Source: Tubiluchus corallicola (lineage: Eukaryota; Animalia; Priapulida). Taken from it: a stretch of DNA of 64,000 bases. The notes beneath the pieces were generated by a model. It was not told where the DNA came from. It did no database searches and worked only from the letters and a program-made list of their open reading frames with translations. Each line of letters opens with the position of its first letter. Position 1 is the stretch's first letter. Position numbers and translations under genes: made by a program. Of this stretch, positions 51,538-63,101 are shown one piece after another. The stretch is from positions 205,974-269,973 of the forward strand of contig JAQGDQ010000130.1 in the NCBI GenBank assembly GCA_030141605.1. Reading direction: 5' to 3'.

Positions 51538-54500
51538 ATGGATTTTCGCATGAAAATAATTTTCCATTTCTATGTGTGCTGTTATTTTCTCTCAGCAAAA
51601 CAGATAAGTAGACCCAGGGCACCTGTGCAGGCAAAACCGACTGAGATACGAAAGATTGAGGGAAATCTTGTTTCTCTTGCCTCTTCAGAGAATGCAAAAC
51701 AGCCTGAGGATGACGACGTTCAGGAGAGGCTTGATGAAATCATGCGCGACGAGGCTAAAAAAATCGAAAATATTCTTCGTGCTCAGCATCAGGAAAGGAA
51801 ACGAGTGTTTAACAATTCAGAAGCTAGTATGCGTTACATATGTATTATAGTTTTTTTTATATTTAAATGTACACGTTTAGGTCAGTAATCAGAAGCGTAT
51901 ATCCACCAAAAATGTATTAACGTAATTCAAAAGGTAATTTAATTGATCAAAATTATGATTTGATTAACGAGCCCAGCTTTCAATGTCAGGGCTTGCTTAA
52001 TGTATGTAGGCAGTTGTGAAGGAATCATTCCCAAAACTTAATAATTCTATATTTAACGTCATTTAATGACATAACTGGTGAGGTTATTATATTACTGCAA
52101 ATAAGAATTACCTCTTACTTATTTGCTACATTAATTTAGTATATCTACTCACATTACTATCCACTGACAAACACTTTCAGTGTGAATGTACATACTAAAA
52201 GATTATATTTCGTTGTAGTAACAATTACTATTAGTGCTAGTGTATAAAACGGTAGTAAGTATTGTTGTTGTAAAAACCGAACAAGATTTTTTGACAATTG
52301 TAGGATGTGGTACTCGCAAAAAAACATGCCCTAAAAACTCTGTGTGTAAAGTTACTAACGAAACAATGAACTGCGTCTGCCTGGAGCTCTACATCAAAAT
52401 TTTTGATAGTTGCATTTGTAAGTTTTTGAGAAATATTTATGTAAATTAGAGAAAATAGTCTTAATATTGCCTAAGATTCCTCTATCAAAGGATCAGGGTC
52501 AGAAATGGATCAGCTTTTGAAACCTGTGACCATTAGCGATTAGGTCAAATTCACACGTACACGAATTAAATTGATTCATACGTGTACTAATGTTTTTGTT
52601 GTTTAGTCCAACGCGCAGTGATGGGACCCAATGTAGATGCTTGTGGCAGGACTGAAATTTATCTCATCAGAAATAGTCTTTTAAGACGTGTCATTGAATT
52701 GGCAGAGGCATCTTAGCCACATTCGGATGTGAACTCATCCTCCCTCTATATTGAAGTAAATAGTCTGATCTGGTCAATGAAGTTACCTGCAGCGAGGTGG
52801 TTACAAATTATTTCCGTTAAATGATCAGAACTGGCATTAACTAATTTCATAGCGAAGCATACACCACGACCGATTAACTCCTTCCAACATTTAAATATTA
52901 AAATTCGTAATTTGTAAATTAGCTTTTTTGAGCGCGATGAGTTACACAAAGCGTATGACGTTACCCTCCCTCGTTTCTAGACTCATAATTGTAATCTATT
53001 GTAAAAGGTAATTAATACATCACTAAATTATAGACTTATTTTTATGCAATGCTCTTTTTATATTATCCATTAGGCAATGTCCACATGTCTATTTCTTTTC
53101 AGATAAAGCAATTGTTCTGACAATTTATGGCGTGATTAGTGTCTTTATACTGATTGTAGTAACACTCGCCACATGTACCTGCAAAAAGTACAGGTAGTAT
53201 TACACGAACTATATACCTATGTAGCACATACTAAAAGCATATGATAGGTGAATATGATAAAAGTACAGATTTAAGTTCTACAAGTTTTTTGCATTCTGTG
53301 TTATCAGACTTTTATCGTATTGGCTGTTCCCAGTTTTAGATACTAAATACTTTTGATCACGACATTATAAGAAAATAATAGAATCGTTTGAAAATTACCA
53401 CACTGATGTTGCAAACGCTTTTGTGTAAATACCAGAAATTTTAGGTCAATCCCTTAGCGTTTTTTCCAATGATGCAGAAGTTTTAAAACAGTAAATGAAA
53501 AATAAAAAACGAAAAAAAATTGTATCACAGTTGTTAAAATTTAAGACGAAGGTGTTTCTTCCAACAGCCGACAAGTTTTGTACTTGTTGAAGGAAAATTT
53601 GGCTCCAGCGCTCAACAATTTTTGTGTTCAAAGTCATAACTAATCCTTCACTAAAACATAAGCTTTTACAACCTTAAATCCTACTCTCATTACGAACATT
53701 CAATTTATTTTATTATAACTTGCTGTAATACTTATTTATTTTGCTTTTTTATCACTTCCTTGCTAACGGTATATTTAAAACTCCGCCATATTTTTTGTTG
53801 CGCGAGATGGATGACGTATTGAAGTATTTCTTTACGCATGAGTAAGCATATTTCTCGGTTGTCCTTCATCATTTAATGGCTTCATCAACCCTGACTTACT
53901 GACTCCATGCGTAGTAACGTAGGTACCATGTTCCCAGTCAAAAAAATCTCTGTTGTGTATTTTTTGGCTTCTTTGTTGTTACTTTCAAGTGGAGTTACAG
54001 TATCAAAATACTAGCTGCCTCCATGTATAAACTGCTGGCTACTCTGCTGACTGCCACTTGGGCATCACAGTCTTTATTGTCTCTGCACTAATCTCTGGAC
54101 TTTCGTGCCTCAAACTGCTGAAATAAATTTGTTGCTAAAGTGTATCACGTGCTAACTTCTTTTTAACACTGTTTGCGAGATGGGTGTGTTGGTAAAAATC
54201 TTCTCAGTAAGCACATCTTGTTTTAAATTAAAATAATTCCATATGCAGATTTTATCACCGGACTTTTTAACAACAGCGAAATCAAATTCCACTAGCTCAT
54301 TTATGCAAAATACTGTGCAGAACACTCAAAATTCATCCACGTCTGTGAACGCCAGGGCACAATACGGGTAAGAATGGCAAGGATTTTTTTCGTTACAGCT
54401 AACGTTACTTTAAAATTTGTGAACCGTATAAGCAGTATCGTAAATCAACAACAAGAGACAGTTACCGATCCTCCCATTATTGTTTCTACCATAAATGACA

Positions 54501-57500
54501 ATTTTCCATCCTTTTTTATCGAAGAGCCTGAAAACATTGAAATGACTAATGATGCCTTTTCAGTAAATGAGGTGTATCTCAAACTTATTAAGTTGGAGCC
54601 TTTTAAAGCCACAGGCCCGGATTATGTTCATGGTTTTATTCTCAAAACCTGCGCCCCCCCAACTTGTTTTACCACTGTTTTTGATTTAAAAAAAAGTCTT
54701 GACTCAAATGTCACTCCTATTCCAAATAAATCTTCTGCAACTCCTTCATGAGATGATTTAAGGCCTATTTCTCTAACACCGGTTGTCGCCAAATGCATTG
54801 AGTCCATTATATGGGATGAGGTACTTCTATTTCTTGTCAATTCTGAGCATATCTGCAAAACCCACCATGCCTCTTTACCAAATCGCTCTGCTGTAACTAA
54901 TTTATTTTCTTGCTTAAATGAATGTACTGAACTTTTCGATGATGCATCCTTACCTAGTATTGATATTTTACGCTTAGATTTTAGAAAAGTACCATTTACA
55001 GATAGTCACCATCTTACGTCCTTTGGGATAAAATATTCTTATTAATAACGTCATTCTTAATTGCACGAAACATGGTGATGGCGGTCTTCACGGCAATGTA
55101 CACATTCGAAGTTCACGTGAAAAATACCGGAGTTCCTGGGATAAATGCCAATTTTTATTTTTAGTAACAAATCTTTATCAGTCCTTTATTTTCAGATGAC
55201 ATCGCTCCACATTTAAATTTATATACATATGCATGTGCATGTGTGTGCATATGGATTATAGGTAAACAGTAAGTTTATATACACGTTTATAGCTTACTAT
55301 TAATTTTATTATGTTTTTGTAGAGGTATTCTCAATTCTAAGTTTTAAGCGTTTTTTATGATTTCTGCACTACTTCATTTAATTTTTATACTATATTACAG
55401 AAATTCATTTCTGTACACTGTACAACTACAGTATACTATAAAGTAAAATATTAGAATAAGGGCAACATGTACAGGAATTTTATGTTGCATCTTGACGTAA
55501 TACCAATACTGTATATGTGTGCGAGATAAAAATGATTCTATTCTATTCTATTTAACTTTCAAGAGTTTGCCGGCCATAACTTCAAAACTACAGAACTGTA
55601 AACTTGTAATTTTTAAAATCAAACAACCAAAATGAATGAATCGTAATATCATGCTGTGAAATTGCAACTTTGCAGAACACTTGCTTCTCATACTATTGTA
55701 GCCTAAACTTCGACATAGTATTTCTGCATCATCCGATATAAAGATTGGCTTTCATACTGCAGGAGTGACAAAAAGAGAGAAAAGATTTCAATACAGGAAT
55801 CCACTTCAAAGCACGAAACGTCTTCAAACCAGGAAAAGCAGGACAATATCAATGATGATGGAAAGGAATTTATTTCAATAAATGAGTAAGCATATTTCTC
55901 GGTTGTCCTTCATCATTTAATGGCTTCATCAACCCTGACTTACTGAGTCCATGCGTAGTAACGTAGGTACCATGTTCCCAGTCAAAAAATCTCTGTTGTG
56001 TATTTTTTGGCTTCTTTGCTGTTACTTTCAAGTGGAATTACAGTGTCAAAATACTAGCTGCCTCCATGTATAAACTGCTGGCTACTCTGCTGACTGCCAC
56101 TTGGGCATCACAGTCTTTATTGTCTCTGCACTAATCTCTGAACTTTCGTGCCTCAAACTGCTGAAATAAATTTGTTGCTAAAGTGTATCACGTGCTAACT
56201 TCTTTTTAATACTGTTTGCGAGATGGGTGTGTTGGTAAAAATCTTCTCAGTAAGCACATCTTGTTTTGAATTAAAATAATTCCATATGCAGATTTTAGGA
56301 CCGGACTTTTTAACAACAGCGAAATCAAATTTCACTAGCTGATTTATGCAAAATACTGTGCAGAACACTCAAAATTCATCCACGTTTGTGAACACTTGAT
56401 ATAGAGCGAGGGCACAATACGGGTAAGAATGGCAAGGATTTTTTTCATTACAGCTAGCGTTACATTAAAAATATTTTAAATCGTAAATCAACAACAAGAG
56501 ACAGTTACCGATCCTCCCATTATTGTTTCTACCAAAAATGACAATTTTCCATCCTTTTTTATCCAAGAGCCTGAAAACGTTGAAATGACTAATGATGCCT
56601 TTTCAGTAAATGAGGTGTATCTCAAACTTATTAAGTTGGAGCCTTTTAAAGCCACAGGCCCGGATTATGTTCATGGTTTTATTCTCAAAACCTGCGCCCC
56701 CCAACTTGTTTTACCACTGTTTTTGATTTCTGCACTACTTCATTTAATTTTTATACTATATTACAGAAATTCATTTCTGTACACTGTACAACTACAGTAT
56801 ACTATAAAGTAAAATATTAGAATAAGGGCAACATGTACAGGACTGTATGGTCGTATGTTGCCCTCGCATTTGGAATTTTATGTTGCATCTTGATGTAATA
56901 CCAATACTGTATATGTGTGCGAGATAAAAATGATTATATTCTATTCTATTTAACATTCAAGAGTTTGCCGGCCATAACCGCAAAACTACAGAACTGTAAA
57001 CTTGTAATTTTTAAAGTCAAACAACCAAAATGAAGGAATCGTAATATCATGCTGTGAAAGTGCAACTTTGCAGAGCAGTTGCTTCTCATACTATTGTAGT
57101 CTTAACTTCGACATAGTATTTCTGCATCATCTGATATAAAGATTGGCTTTCATACTGCAGGAGTGACAAAAAGAGAGAAAAGATTTCAATACAGGAATCC
57201 ACTTCAAAGCACGAAACGTCTTCAAACCAGGAAAAGCAGGAAAATTTCAATGATGATGGAAAGGAATTTATTTCAATAAATGAGTAAGCATATTTCTCGG
57301 TTGTCCTTCATCATTTAATGGCTTCATCAACCCTGACTTACTGAGTCATGCGTAGTAACGTAGGTACCATGTTCCCAGTCAAAAATCTCTGTTGTGTATT
57401 TTTTGGCTTCTTTGCTGTTACTTTCAAGTGGAGTTACAGTGTCAAAATACTAGCTGCCTCCATGTATAAACTGCTGGCTACTCTGCTGACTGCCACTTGG

Positions 57501-59897
57501 GCATCGCAGTCTTTATTGTCTCTGCACTAATCTCTGAACTTTCGTGCCTCAAACTGCTGAAATAAATTTGTTGCTAAAGTGTATCACGTACTAACTTCTT
57601 TTTAATACTGTTTGCGAGATGGGTGTGTTGGTAAAAATCTTCTCAGTAAGCACATCTTGTTTTAAATTAAAATAATTCCATATGCAGATTTTATCACCGG
57701 ACTTTTTAACAACAGCGAAATCAAATTCCACTACCTGATTTATACAAAATACTGTGCAGAACACTCAAATGATTCTGATAAAAATGATTCTATTCTATTC
57801 TATTTAACATTCAAGAGTTTGCCGGCCACAACCTCAAAACTACAGAACTGTAAACTTGTAATTTTTGCAATCAAACAACCAAAATGAATGAATCGTAATA
57901 TCATGCTGTGAAATTGCAACTTTGCAGAACACTTGCTTCTCATACTATTGTAGCCTAAACTTCGACATAATATTTCTGCATCATCCGATATAAAGATTGG
58001 CTTTCATACTGCAGGAGTGACAAAAAGAGAGAAGAGATTTCAATACAGGAATCCACTTCAAAGCACGAAAAGTCTTCAAAGCAGGAAGAGCAGGAAAATT
58101 TCAATGATGACGGAAAGGAATTTATTTCAATAAAAAGTATGTAAGAAATTTAATTCGCAAATTTTAATTGCTATTTAAATTGTTACCATTAGGAGACCAA
58201 TTCAAAAACTAATCAACAATGATAACATTTTACCTGAAATTATATTTAACACATAACACACTTTAAAGCATACAAGAATGATATAGATTTTGCTACTGCT
58301 TTACAATACAGATAGCAATAGTGGCGAGGCAACACTAGCAAAAGTGATGTCTCCAGACACGGATTCATCGTTCTCGTACACTACTCGCATATTAACATCA
58401 GGCACAACTGGGCAGCAGATATGTGTTCATCCTCAAAACAGGGTTTCATCACTGTACAGTGGTGCAGTACCCACATATAACCCTTGTTTGATGGCGAAGC
58501 GCAGCAAATCATTATCATCCCAGTGTAGAAAACCAGATCATTATAATATATATAACAGACTAGAGTACGACACATACATGGCTATAGCACACGAGACAGT
58601 ACCATCGGTCAACCGAACTTTCCAGAACAAGCCACCATTTAAGCAGCAACCAAGACTTGGGGGTGATCAGCTCGTTATGTTGCATAGTCAAAAAGAAGCA
58701 ATGATGTCACAGTTACCAAGGCCTGGTCATGGTGGTGATGAAGCTCAGGTTTCAAGGTCTAGTCAGGAACAGTTAAAAGTTAAACAGCCAATGCCAGTAC
58801 GAGCTAGTCAAGGGCAAAAGCCAGTTAAGGTCAAACCACCTTTTCAAGGTCAATCACCAAGTCAAATGCTGCTGCATCCTGATCGGGAAAGTAAACAAAG
58901 TGAACACATACTATATTCTAAACAAAGCCGCAAGGAACAACAACAGGTGGGTAGTGAGCATAAGCCACCAACCAAGCAGCGACTGAAGCGTAGTCCAGAA
59001 AAGTCATCAGTCATTAAAAGCTTATTTAATCGTGTTAAGACCAAACAACAAACTAAGCATTTATTGAAGGGTGATAAAAACAAATCATCATCTGACCAAC
59101 CGCCAAAGTCTAAAAAGAACAATCCAGTAAATAAACTGGCCGACCCTAATCAAGGACAATCCCAAAATCAACGCTTTGATCAAAGCCACCTTGAGCAACC
59201 ACAAAAGTCTGGTCAGATCAACGAGATCATATATAATGAGGCGCAAAATCCTGGTCATAGTGAATCACTAGCTGAGCAATCAAAACTTGGCCAGACTAGG
59301 CCACTGCCGAATGAAGTTCCAAAAAGTACTCAGCCACCGATTCTTGGTTCTAACATGACATCACCCAATCAGTTACCGATGAGTGATCGTGATAAAGGCC
59401 TACTTGACCAGTCATCAACTCGTGGTCAAGGCACACCATTACTAAGACATGGCCAGGGCAAGCAACCACCTAAGGAAAACCCATTAATACTGTCAAGAAA
59501 ATCAGATACAGTAGATGGCCCAGTAAGCCCCGTGCCAAATCAGTTACCGATGCATGGTTGCGATAAGCGACTACCTGGTCAGCCATCAACTCGTGGTCGA
59601 GGTACGCCAGTACTGAGACGTGGTCGGGGCAAGCGATCACCTAAGAAAAACCCATTAATGGTGTCAGGAAAACCAGGTACAGTAGATGGCCTAGTAAGCC
59701 CCACGCCAAATCAGTTACCGATGCGTGGTCGTGGTCGTAGTCGTGGTAGAGTACAACTTGGTCAGCCATCGACTCGTGGTCGAGGTACGCCTTTAGTGAA
59801 ACGTGGTCGGGGCAAGCGGCCACCTAAGGAAACTCGGTTAATGAAGTTACTAAAATCAGAAACAGTAGATGATCTACTAGGTAGTCCAATATTATAA
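51538..59897 (+). CDS. Unrecognised type-I membrane protein with a single EGF-like domain (about 815 aa with all three repeat exons, about 733 aa with only the third)
   Basis: Phase-consistent exons: 51538-51826, 52304-52417, 53103-53193, 55763-55885, 57161-57283, 58015-58136, 58312-59897; total 2448 nt. GCCATGG start, hydrophobic N-terminus, ERKR, 6-Cys exon CGTRKKTCPKNSVCKVTNETMNCVCLELYIKIFDSC, TM AIVLTIYGVISVFILIVVTLA followed by TCTCKKYR, and a long Q/P/K/R-rich tail. The start is uncertain: an acceptor at 51595 could mean there is an upstream exon. Confidence 0.72.
53632..55215. mobile_element. Kolobok-like element (homolog of 19207-19665) carrying a 1.2-kb insertion
   Basis: 53632-53820 aligns with 19207-19390, and 55060-55125 aligns with 19490-19555. 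The intervening DNA includes CR1-like RT sequence. Confidence 0.55.
53838..58136 (+). repeat. Three-unit tandem duplication of intron plus exon (about 2.04, 1.40 and 0.86 kb)
   Basis: ATGAGTAAGCATATTTCTCGG starts each unit at 53838, 55882 and 57280. Each unit ends in the exon GAGTGACAAAAAGAGAG...TTCAATAA. Shared parts are nearly identical. Confidence 0.97.
54540..54990 (+). mobile_element. CR1/L2-like LINE reverse-transcriptase fragment (degraded; partial copy at 56585-56725)
   Basis: VYLKLIKLEPFKATGPDYVHGFILKTCA..LRPISLTPVVAKCIESII..NRSAVTNL..LDFRK, interrupted by frameshifts and stops. Confidence 0.85.
59364..59897 (+). repeat. Three coding tandem repeats of about 171 nt (57 aa), RG-rich
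   Basis: PNQLPM begins at 59364, 59535 and 59706; STRG.GTP, RG.GK and TVD-type motifs recur in each unit. Confidence 0.92.
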
Positions 59898-60532
59898 TTT
59901 ATGAATTTATTTAAATTCTAAATCTGTGTAATGACTAATCTTAAGAAAATAAAACAAGAAGTTAGAAATGATTCTATTTTTAGAAGTACATGTGTCAGTC
60001 AAAATCATCTTACATTTGTACTGTGTAGTAAATGACTATTTGTGAATTTAGCATTTGCTGTCTATTATTATAACTATCAAAAGAAATAAATAACCAAAAA
60101 ACGTTCATTTCGTAACACCAAATTATGTAATTTTTTCATATATTTTGTAACAATAAAGTTATAAATTACGCAGGTTTTCGGATTCTGTGAATTTATTCAT
60201 CATGCTAACTACTTGTGTACAACATTGCTAAGAAATACATTTATTATGTACTATAATAAAAATTAATTACAGTTTACCACAAAAAAGAGACTTCAGCACA
60301 AGACGGGTTAGTGTTAAACAATATAACACAAGTTTTTTCTCATAATCTAATAGAGAAAAGCAACAGAAAATCACAGTAGAAATGATAAGTTAATATTAAA
60401 TGTTCCAGCGTATGAAAGAGTATGAACAGCAAGTGGATATGTGTGCAAGACTGTCCCTGTAGGTGTATGCATGTTTGTTTATATAACAGTTAAAATGCAT
60501 GTTTGAGAAGCCTTACTTCCCTGGACAGGCGT

Positions 60533-61101
60533 CTGGGGCATAGCCAGGTTCTAAAGTTCAGGGAGCAAGTACATAAAAAAGGCGCCGTAACACATACCAA
60601 ATAATGTTTAACGCATTGATTATACATTTTAATTTTGTGTTTAAGAGCAAAACACGAGAAAGATACAGTTTTTAAAGGAAGTACATACTTGTTACCTTGT
60701 ATTAAAGCACAATAAAAAGTTTTACAGTAAGCTCTTAAATCTTAAAACGTGACGAAAACATGTGTGTTATTTAATTATTTTAATTTTAAGCGTAAAATAA
60801 AAACAAAATAAGCATTGTGAAAAATGTATCATGAAAGAACTACAGCAGTCTCCTTCGTCTGAGCTTCATTCTAGCAAAGTATTCTGTAACTACATTATAA
60901 TCCACTTCGGTAGCCAACTTTTTTTCAATGGACAATAAAGATAACCCAGACAATTTAACCTCGCCCATTGTAGACCGAAGGTAGGACTTTATCTATTTCA
61001 GCCGACTAAAGGTTGTTCAGCAAACGCACAAATGAACTAAAATATTTTTGAAACGGTGACAATTTCGGTTGCTCCCCTCAGCCCATTAGCTACGTTACCG
61101 G
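60533..61101 (-). mobile_element. hAT transposon deletion derivative with C-terminal dimerisation-domain remnant
   Basis: Minus strand about 61013-60841 translates as TFSRLK*IKSYLRSTMGEVKLSGLSLLSIEKKLATEVDYNVVTEYFARMKLRR (hATC-like). Degenerate ends GGGGCATAGC / GCTACGTTACCG. Confidence 0.8.
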
Positions 61102-62941
61102 CTCGCTCATCGTTGAGTCTGTTTCCAGTGAAGATGCAATAGGCATTATTTCACATAAAGGCGTTAGACCGTGCCTGTTTTGCACAAAGTACCTCTCAAT
61201 AAAATGTAATTATCTGCCTTCTGAAGATAGTTTACCTTTTGTCATAGAACTGTTACCTTACACTAAAAAGTGAGACGGACTACAGTTGTATAAATTGTCC
61301 GAATCTTGAAAAATGTATACATGTACAAGCATGTTATACTCATCCATTCATTCGTTCAATCATTCATTTGTTCTTTCCTTCGTTTGTCTATTCGTTCGTT
61401 CAATCATTGCTTATTAGCTAACTTAATTAAAAAATTCAAACCAACCACACCCCGATCTTCTATATAAATGGACAGCGATAAGCTAGCTGCAGAAACTGCC
61501 CCTCCCTCCCTCCCTCCCCTCTCTCTCTCTCTCTCTCGCTCTGTTTACAGCTAATCAAATATGCAGCAATATTTTCCATTCGTAAAAGTCGAAACAGACA
61601 AGCAACAACCAGTAATTCGGCAGCACTTGTTCAAGTCGAGAGCTTGAGGATGAATCAATAGTTGGACTGCTGACGGAGATTCCTGACTGGAATTCTAAGA
61701 AATGCGAACAGATGCGAAAGAAACTCAGGAAAAGCTAGAAAATTACATAGCAAAAAAAACAGTACGGTAATCTTATGAAGACTAACCCATTTGTCTTAAA
61801 TTACAAATATGCTGCTATTACAGAAAATTGTCCTGTCTTTGCTAAATGAAAAGTTTATTTTTCTCTCAGAGGCGGGCACTGAGCATGAAATTGGAAAATT
61901 AGTTTCACAATTTTGTTACTGGCTGTTTTATAAAAAGAAAAACTTATAAATGTTTGATGATAATGCGTAATTAAATTATTAGGATAAAAAATTGTTATAG
62001 AGATTTTTATATTGATTATAACTATATATTATAACTGTATATTTTCTCTTGCCTTTTCTTTATTTTCTCATCAGAATGCTTGTAACTCCTTGTCGGCTTT
62101 ATCTTTATATAATAAGCATTACAATTTTGCGTAAACTGTAGACTATGGATCTGTGTTGTAATTAAAATGACGATTTACTTCGCTAACCAATAAATAAATA
62201 TACTTGTAGGTGTTAAAATACTGCGCCGTCACCTATTTGTTCAGATCCTATGCACACAGTTCCACAAGCTCCGTAGTCCACATAGAAAGCAAAAATATGA
62301 CGGATTCACGCGGGCAGAAAAGCCAATAACAAATGACCCTACAGACGCCACATCTTCTTAACACACAGCATTTCCGGGAAGAAATTTGTCGCGTGGAAAT
62401 TTCCTGTTTTTAGCATGTTATGAGGTTCGTTATTCATATAACTTCCTGCTTCTGCGACTGCATGACAGTATTCCAGTGTCCATTAAGCAACATTACTAAG
62501 CAATCTGCATTTCCTCCAAGCTCTAACGTACATCCATGGCTTCAGGGCAGCTAAATGTAAATGTCGTTCAAATGGATTTTGCTTTGGAACTATTTGTATA
62601 ATGCGGTGAGGAAATAATAAATCAAATATTTCTTTCCCGTTCAGAGAGCCTCAAGAAGGCCAACGGTCACTCAAAGAGTATGGGGTTAAGGTTAAATGCT
62701 GAGCAAATGAATATCTAGGTCCAGAAAAATAGAATTTTTATTTTCCCAATGTTGCAGACGAAACTGCTCCGGTGCAGCTTTCCTGATGGCCATCTATCGA
62801 TTTACTGACCAAGTATGACGTTACTTGATTTCTGTCTCTGAGTAAATCCGTGATCTCTTTCCAAACTGCATTATTGCACAATAACTATGATAGTGGTTGA
62901 AATGATGTTGGCAATGACAATGGTGACATCGTTGATGAAAA

Positions 62942-63101
62942 TTGATGATGATGATGATCATGATCATGATCATGATCATGATAATCATGATCGTGATGAA
63001 GATGATCATGATGATGATGATGATGATGATGATGACGACGACGACGATGATGACGGCAGCGGTGGCGGTGGCGGTGGCGATGATGATGATGATGATGATG
63101 A
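62942..63101. repeat. Compound microsatellite (GAT/GATCAT/GAC/GGCGGT)
   Basis: Runs of GAT, GATCAT, GAC and GGCGGT seen directly. Confidence 0.92.

Noticed and set aside
62482-62650. Minus-strand frame NGKEIFDLLF...VRAWRKCRLL, superficially like the STOX1 N-terminal domain
   Set aside because: Bounded by stops, no suitable start or phase-1 donor, and motif spacing too short.
62757-62795. GAAAC..CTGATGG resembling a hammerhead ribozyme core
   Set aside because: No stem I, CUGAUGA is not intact and there is no NUH cleavage triplet. The CTGATGA at about 39586 likewise lacks a GAAA partner.
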